From Lingula anatina (lineage: Eukaryota; Animalia; Brachiopoda): a DNA stretch of 64,000 nt. The notes beneath the pieces were generated by a model. The model did not search any database. It had not been told where the DNA came from and saw only the letters and a program-made list of their open reading frames with translations. Below are positions 56,734 to 64,000 of the stretch, one piece after another; within the stretch, counting starts at the first letter, position 1; each line of letters starts with the position of its first letter. The position numbers were made by a program, and so were the translations under genes. The stretch is taken from contig CM120640.1 of NCBI GenBank assembly GCA_051362555.1, positions 7,936,001 through 8,000,000 of the forward strand, read 5' to 3'.

Positions 56734-57617
56734 TGCAGAACATACCTCCATCTAGTTAAAACCAGACACCACTGAATAAGTATCAGTCCTGCTGGAAAAT
56801 GACTATATTCAGCATTTCTGTAGAAAGAACAAGACCAGAAATGTCTCACTAACTTGTATATATTTATGAAGTTATCAGTCTGAAGCATACAGTTATGTGA
56901 TTATTTTTTTCAGCTTCATTTGTAGATATTTAATATGTCATTTCTGTCTTAAGGGCTAAGGTAACAGAAAAAGGCACAAAAGTCTATGAAAAATTGACTG
57001 GACCAGAAGGAGAGCAGGCTGCCTCTAGGATAAAGCAGTCTGCGGGAAAACTTGGACAACAAACTTATGCATTTGGTGCAAAAATTAGTGGTATTCTTTC
57101 TCCGTATATTAACACAAAAAGCGACCAGGGCAAACTGAGAGTAAGTCCAATGTGAATAAATTTGTTTTTACTATTTTAATTGTAAAAGACCTTTCATTTT
57201 TTAAAATATATTAATATTGTGAGAAAGTGTATGTAATATTTCTTTTTCATTTAAGGATAAGAAAGTTATATTTATATTATTTCTTTTAACCATATCCAAT
57301 ATTTCACTTTCGATATCATTGTTTTTGTCTTTACTACAGTAACTATTAACTATTTTTTTCTTTTTGGCAAATAACATTACTGGCGTGCAACACATATTAC
57401 ATCTTTTATTTGTTTATTTCAGCTGGGATATACTGTTATTGCACTTTTTATTGGATACCAAATTTTTAAGCAAATGAAGAAAAGAAGCAAAACAGTTGTT
57501 GAAGACAAAAAAGAACAAGAGAAGTTGGCATGGGCTGTACAGGTTATATCACAGCATGAAAGGAAACTAGCAATAGACCAACAGGCCTCACTAAAGCAGC
57601 TACAAGAAAAAAAATAA
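54545..57617 (+). CDS. ATP5MK/DAPIT-like protein, copy 2, about 141 aa, with N- and C-terminal extensions
   Basis: Exons 54545-54588 (MDKFNKGKEMLGDVT, phase 2, donor GTAAGT), 56954-57140 and 57423-57617 (426 nt). Core SGILSPYINTKSDQGKLR/LGYTVIALFIGYQIFKQMKKR has the same phase-0 intron as copy 1. Tail EQEKLAWAVQVISQHERKLA aligns with copy 1 EKQKIEVAYDIVRQYEQAIA. The first exon is less certain. Confidence 0.7.
54844..56160. mobile_element. 1317-bp non-autonomous DNA transposon, hAT-like termini, 6-bp TSD, in intron 1 of ATP5MK-like copy 2
   Basis: Perfect 14-bp TIRs CAGTGTTTCCCCTG / CAGGGGAAACACTG, TSD CATACT at 54838-54843 and 56161-56166, GCGAGG subterminal repeats at both ends, no transposase ORF. 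Confidence 0.9.
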
Positions 57618-59649
57618 CTGTTCTTAAATTAGTTCAATTTGGAAGATGTTTTAAGACATTTAATTTAAGCTGTTCCTTTGTTACTGTATATGTATGACAG
57701 TTATAATCCTAATATTACATGTCTTGCCATGGATATCTCTCTTTTTCACAGTCATTGGAGTGGATTTTTTAAAAAATGGCACATTTGGGAGTATGGTCAC
57801 AGTTCACTTATTCAGATTCAGTTTTGTTGGAAAAAGGGTGTGGCAACATTGTACCAAAAGCAAGTCTTTTCACAGTTAACAGTCCAGCTGTCATTTGGAC
57901 AGCTGCCAGCATCACTGGGCAGCCAGTGTTTTCAAAGACGGCTAGACGGCTTATGATTTATTTATTTATTTATTTTTGAAAATGATGGCTTATCATTTTG
58001 GAATTGTGATTTAAAGTAGGTGCATATGAATTATAAAAACATTGTTTACACTCTATCTGACTTTCGTATCACTTGAAATTAATGAGACAACTGCTATTTG
58101 TACATAGTCAAGTAAAGGTCTGTTGTGTCAGAAAAATGATGGGTTGGGTGTCTCGGACATTGTCTTCCAAACAATAAACTTTTTGTTTATTGCTCTTTAA
58201 TAACCTAATTCAAGTCTTTTCCACATACGCAGTCTCCCATACCTTTCTGGATTTCAAGGATTTTCTGAGATGCCCTTCAGCACCTTAATTAAGGCACACT
58301 TGATAGCCTAAAGACCTTCAAAACAGGCCCCCTTTATAAGCACTAGAGCTTGGGGAGGAAGAGGGGTGGGGGATAATCGGTATGCCAACCTTGTTTATTG
58401 GTTGTTTGGAACTGCAGTAATTTTTTGTGCCACAAGCCCGTTTATCTTTCAAGTTAAATGTGTCAAATGTTGCATATATACTGGTGCAAAAGAGAAAGTG
58501 GTACATGTTAATTATGAACATGCACTGTCTATATTTACATATAGCCATCGCCTGTCTGTTGTCATGGCCTTTTGCTTTCCACTGTTTACACAATAAGTGG
58601 GTAACCATGTGCCCGATTTTCCTCAAATATTCATAGCACTAAATTACGGATCAGGTTCCAAAAGTAGCTTTAGTGAGCCGTTTTTCTAGAAGTTATCTTT
58701 TTTTCACACATTGGCATGTTTAAGATATCACTTTGAACTCCCTACTTGGGCATAAAACCTATTTTCTGAATGTCCACATTTACAGTAGTCCGCAATTGAA
58801 ATTGGTGGTATTAACTGCTATGTATAACTGCATCAAAATACTCACTGGTACACTACCATCATGAAGACCAAAAGGAAAAACCGTACTTATTATTGCCAAA
58901 CTGTTTCTGAGGGCAGAAATGCAGCTTCAGTTTGTGAAAACTGTTTCTGAATGTCCTCATTAACAGTGGTACATAGTTCAAGCAGGTGGTGGTTATGCTG
59001 ATATACTGCATAAAAATTGGCAACCTATTTTGTGCACTGTCATAGCTATCTGCTTTATGTCGAAAGGGATATTTGACAGTTTTGCTGGCTTGTTCTTATT
59101 GCATGCATCAAGGGACTTATTTTGTTATTGATAGCTAAAATCTATTTAAGCTCAAGTTAATTTGTTATTAAAAGTGTATCATAAACTGAAAAAGTGCAAA
59201 TAATACCCGTTTGTTCTTCGAATTATTTAATCAAATGAATATATTTTCCAAATTGGATTTAAAAAGAAAAAGGATAAATTCAATTAATTCCTCTTCTTAA
59301 GGACAACAACATTGTGTGTTATACAGGCGGAATACGCCAAAGCCGCCTTGTACACAGTCAATATCTTGGCAGTGGTAACCTCAAGCGTGCATTGCCCCTC
59401 TCTGCGCTTGACTCGTGTAACAAGTTCAACACGAAAGTGACATTGAGAGAGAAACGAGGTGAACACGACTGAATAGTGAAGTAACCGTATAAGTTAAGTC
59501 CAATATCCTTTACATGTAAATTCCATTCCTGGAATTGGCTCTTGTAAATCGACAGAAGTAACGAAATTTATTATGTTGGGACTTGGATGAATAAACAGTT
59601 TGGGATAAATTATGTATAATATTAAATGCAAAGAACCCGTGGTCCTTCC

Positions 59650-59703
59650 TTTTTTATGTACAGACACAGATGTGTCTGTACATATAGCCATCATCTGCGT
59701 CTG

Positions 59704-59734
<31 letters not shown>

Positions 59735-61207
59735 GCACTTTTACCGATAACACGATAAGTGGAAAACCATTTTACCTTTTGACTTGAAACTTGCAGAACT
59801 GATGAATATTCATAATACGCAGGTCAAGTTTGAAAATCAGCATGATCGGGTCACTTTTAGGGAATTTATGCTGTTTTTTCACTTTTTTCAGCATATATGC
59901 AGCACTGATTACACGATAAGTGGAAAACCATTTTACCTTTTGACTTGAAACTTACAGAACTGATGAATATTCATAATACGCAGGTCAAGTTCGAAAATCA
60001 GCATGATCGGGTCACTTTTAGGGAATTTATGCTGTTTTTTCACTTTTTTCAGCATGAATGCAGCACCGATAACATGATAAGTGGAAAACCATTTTACCTT
60101 TTGACTTGAAACTTACAGAACTGATGAATATTCATAATACGCAGGTCAAGTTCGAAAATCAGCATGATCGGGTCACTTTTAGAGAATTTATGCAGTTTTT
60201 TCACTTTTTTCAGCATATATGCAGCACCGATAACACGATAAGTGGAAAACCATTTTACCTTTTGACTTGAAACTTACAGAACTGATGCATATTCATAATA
60301 CGCAGGTCAAGTTCGAAAATCAGCATGATTGGGTCACTTTTAGGTAATTTATGCTGTTTTTTCACTATTTTCAGTATAAATGCAACACTGATAACACAAT
60401 ATAAGAAAAACGGATTGGCCAATTGTAATTATACTCACAGGAGTGGTCAATCTTACTAAAACGCAGGTTGAGTTCGAAAATAAGCATAATCGGGCCATTA
60501 CATAAGAAGTTATACTGTTTTTTCACATTTCCTCAGATTCAATTATTAGGCATGTTAACAGTCTCATTATTTAACTAATAAGATGCCTAAAAGTGTTTGT
60601 TTGATATTTCCTGCATCTTTACAACATTGTTAGTTGATTATGTAAAAAACATGGTAAACTTGTTATCATGTATTGTGTAATAAAGTGTCAAAAATGGACA
60701 TAAACTCATATCATTGCAGTTTGTCAGATTCAATCATCCACTATGTTCAGAATCTCAGAATGGAGGAAATTGGACATTTAACACTGTTCTATTGATACTT
60801 TTCCCATCTCATCAATTTTCTTAGTTGGACATATAAAAATGGCAGTAAAATGTTTATTTTGTTTTATGTTAAAAAAGTGTTAAAAATGGAAATAAACCCA
60901 TTTCAGAACAGTGCTGTCTTGTTTACATTTTGGCATAATCAAGGCGTGACTTTGAAGTTCCATGGGCCTGAAGACCTTTGCTAGTCACATTTCCTGAATA
61001 TCTGTGATACAAATATTTTATAATTAAAAATTGATGGTCATTAAGCTGTTAAACATTATGTAATATTGCATCAAAATTTGAAGAAACCCCCATTTTGGGC
61101 ACTGCTTCCATGATGACCATTTAAGGAAAATCATGTCACTTACTGTTCTCAAACTTACAGGATAGAAACATGGGACTAAAATACAGCTTCAGTAGGCAAT
61201 GCAGTCT

Positions 61208-61254
<47 letters not shown>

Positions 61255-64000
61255 GCAGTTAAACAGTTTTTTGTGAAAATTTAATTTTTCACATATTGGC
61301 ATTTTCAAGGTGTGACTTTAAAGTTCCATGATACTGAAGACTTTTGCTTGTCACATTTTCTGAATGTCTATGTTACTAATATTTTATTAATAACATTTGA
61401 TTGTCATTATGCTGTTAAACATTATGTAATGTTGCATCAAAATTTGAAGAAACCCCTATTTTGGGCACTGCTCCTATGATGACCATTTAAGGGAAATCAT
61501 GTCACTTACTGTTCTCAAACTTACAGGAAAGAAACATGGGTCTAACATACAGCTTCAATAGGCAACGCAGTCTGTTTGGTAAAATTTTCTGGCAATTTAA
61601 CAGTTTTTTGTGAAAATTTAATTTTTCACTTATTTGCAACTTTATTTCACTTCTCAGCATATATGCAGCACCGATAACACGATATGTGAAATACCATTTT
61701 ACCTTTTGGCTTGAAACTTACAGAACTGATGAATATTCATAATACGCAGGTCAAGTTTGAAAAACAGCATGATAGAGCCACTTTTATAGAAGTTATGCTG
61801 TTTTTTCATTTTTTTAGCATATATACAACACTAATAATACAATATAAGAAAAACAGATAGGCAAATTGTCATTTTACTCAGAAGAGTGTTTAATCTTACT
61901 AAAACATAGGTTGAGTATGAAAATCAGCATAATCGGTCCATTATTTTAGAAGTTATTCTTTTTTTTTTTTTTTACATTTCCTCAGATTCAATTCTTAGGC
62001 ATGTTAATAGTCTCATTATTGAACTAATAAGATACATAAAAGTGTTTGTTTGACATTTCCTGCATCTTTACAACATTGTCAGTTGATTATGTAAAAATGA
62101 TGGTAAATTTGTTATCATGTATTGTGTAATGAAGTGTCAAAACTGGAAATAAACACATATCATTGCAATTTGTCATATTCAATCATCCACTATGTTCAGA
62201 ATCTTAGATGGAGGAAATTGGACATTTAACACTGTTCTATTGATATTTTCCCCATCTCATCAATTTTATTAGTTGGTCATATAAAAATGGCAGTTAATTG
62301 TTAATTTTGTTTTATGTTAAAAAAGTGTTAAAAATGGAAATAAACCCATTTCAGAAAAGTGCTGTCTTGTTTACATTTTGGCATTTTCAAGATGTGACTT
62401 TGAAGTTCCATGGTCCTGAAGACCTTTGCTGGTCACATTTTCTGAATATCCATGATACTAATATTTTATTATTAAAAATTGATGGTCATTTTGCTGTTAA
62501 ACATTATGTAATATTGCATCAAAATTTGAAGAAACCCCCATTTTGGGCACTGTTCCCATGATGATCATTTAAGGAAAATCATATCACTCACTGTTCTCAA
62601 ACTTACAGGAAAGAAACATGGGACTAAAATATAGCTTCAGTAGGCAATGCAGTCTGTTTGGTAAATTTTTCTGGCAATTAAACAGTTTTTTGTGAAAATT
62701 TAATTATTCATTTATTGGCATTTTCAAGGTGTGACTTAGAACCTCCACGGGCTTGAAGACCTTTGCTAGTCACATTTTCTGAATATCCATGATACTAATA
62801 TTTTATTATTAAAAATTGATGGTCATTATGCTGTTAAACATTATGTAATGTTGCATCAAAATAGAAGAAAACATAATTTTTGGTGTTGCTGCCATGATGA
62901 CCATTATGGGAAAATCATGTTACTTACGACTCAATCTTTCAAAAAAAGTTGGAAAAGCAGTCTAATTGGCTTCTTTTTCTGGAATTTATACATTTTAGTG
63001 AAATATTCATTATTATCTTTTTGGCATATTCATTGTGGGACTCAGAACTCCCATGGACATGAAGCCGAATGGTAATCAAATTTTCTACATGTCCTTGCTA
63101 TTCATAGTCAATAATAAAAAATTGGTGATCATTATTCTATAAATTATTATGTAATGTTACATCACAATTGACAAAAATATTTTTGTACTGCTTCTGCAAA
63201 CATTATGGAAAGAAAACTGTGTTACTTATTATTATGTTTAACTTACAAGTATGATTTTTAGGATTGGCATGCAGTTCAAATTAGAAAGCCAGCTCAATTG
63301 GGTTATCATTTATTATTGAATTTATGCAATTTTGTGTTAAATTTTCATTTTTCTCATTCTGGCTCTTTCTAATTGTAAATTTGAACTTTGATGGACCTGA
63401 AGCCTTATGCTTTTACTTTCGTCGTTGTTACATGTACCTGTTCTGCATAATTAAAATTTGATATTGACTGTGCAGTTAAACATAATGTACTATTGCATCA
63501 GAATTGGCAGTCTCCTATTTTTGTGCATTATTGTTTTGTGCTTTTCTTAAGCTGTGTCTTATGGGACAAATTTGTGTGGTCAGTCTGTAAATTCCCCTTG
63601 GGTATTCACTAGGCTAAGTTTAGTGCTATAAACTCATTTGCCTGATTAAGTGGCCATTAAATGAGATTTCATAAATCACACTTGTTGATATTTCCCTGTA
63701 AACTCCCAAAGGTTAAGCTCTCTGCTAGATAACAGTGTCCATAATAAGGAAGCACTGAATAGCAGCTTCATTAGATTATATTTTTGTTGTTTTCTTTTTA
63801 ATTTCTTCTCCAACACTGGCATTTTTAAGATGTGACTTTCCCATCCACCCGAGGCTCTGCACAATTTCTGTATTTCCACGTAAGCAGTTGTATTGGTATT
63901 CATGTCTTTAAACACTAGTAATATTATTTTATGCACTGTCAACATTTTTCTTATATTGGGACTTTCATCATGTGAATTTTAGCTCTCATGGTCATGAAAC
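59650..64000 (+). mobile_element. Second, longer copy of the same HINE-like family; 3' end not seen in the window
   Basis: Same 5' terminus TTTTTATGTACAGACACAGATGTGTCTGTACAT and (CGTCGC)n tract. Colinear with 50315-52070 up to about 63520, then diverged unit-like sequence to the window edge. Confidence 0.82.
59746..60530. repeat. 161-bp satellite-like tandem array inside the HINE (4 near-identical units plus 1 diverged)
   Basis: Unit starts at 59746, 59907, 60068, 60229, 60390 (gataacacgataagtggaaaaccattttacc...cgcaggtcaagttcgaaaatcagcatgatcggg...). Confidence 0.92.

Noticed and set aside
59746-60530. Regularly spaced repeats resembling a CRISPR array
   Set aside because: The units are contiguous and near-identical with no unique spacers, in a eukaryotic context with no cas genes.
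63676-63945. 89-aa minus-strand ORF near the window end
   Set aside because: No recognisable domain or splice context, and it appears to lie within the repeat element.

Overview
AT-rich, intron-rich animal genomic DNA, probably a marine invertebrate (lophotrochozoan-like; inferred from gene and repeat types). Most of the supplied ORFs are exon fragments or noise. Hand splicing on GT-AG boundaries with phase checks gives, in order: the last exon of TTLL12 (+); a 5-exon RERG-like Ras GTPase with degenerate switch motifs (+); CHMP3/VPS24 (-); a single-coding-exon 317-aa protein with a PRR18-like motif (+); a 196-aa CUB-like single-pass membrane protein (-); PDCD11/RRP5 (-, 42 coding exons, about 1802 aa, one U12-type intron); a divergent ATP5MK/DAPIT-like gene head-to-head with PDCD11 (+); UBE2Q (+, 12 exons); and a second, longer ATP5MK-like paralogue (+). 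Repeats are two Helentron-associated (HINE/DINE-1-like) elements carrying satellite arrays, two hAT-like MITEs with 5-bp and 6-bp target-site duplications, a 194-bp foldback and microsatellites. The most notable result is the pair of ATP synthase subunit k-like genes. They keep the human intron position, one keeps the human head-to-head linkage to PDCD11, and both carry a shared charged helical C-terminal extension absent from canonical DAPIT. Family calls rest on recalled reference sequences; no database search was run.
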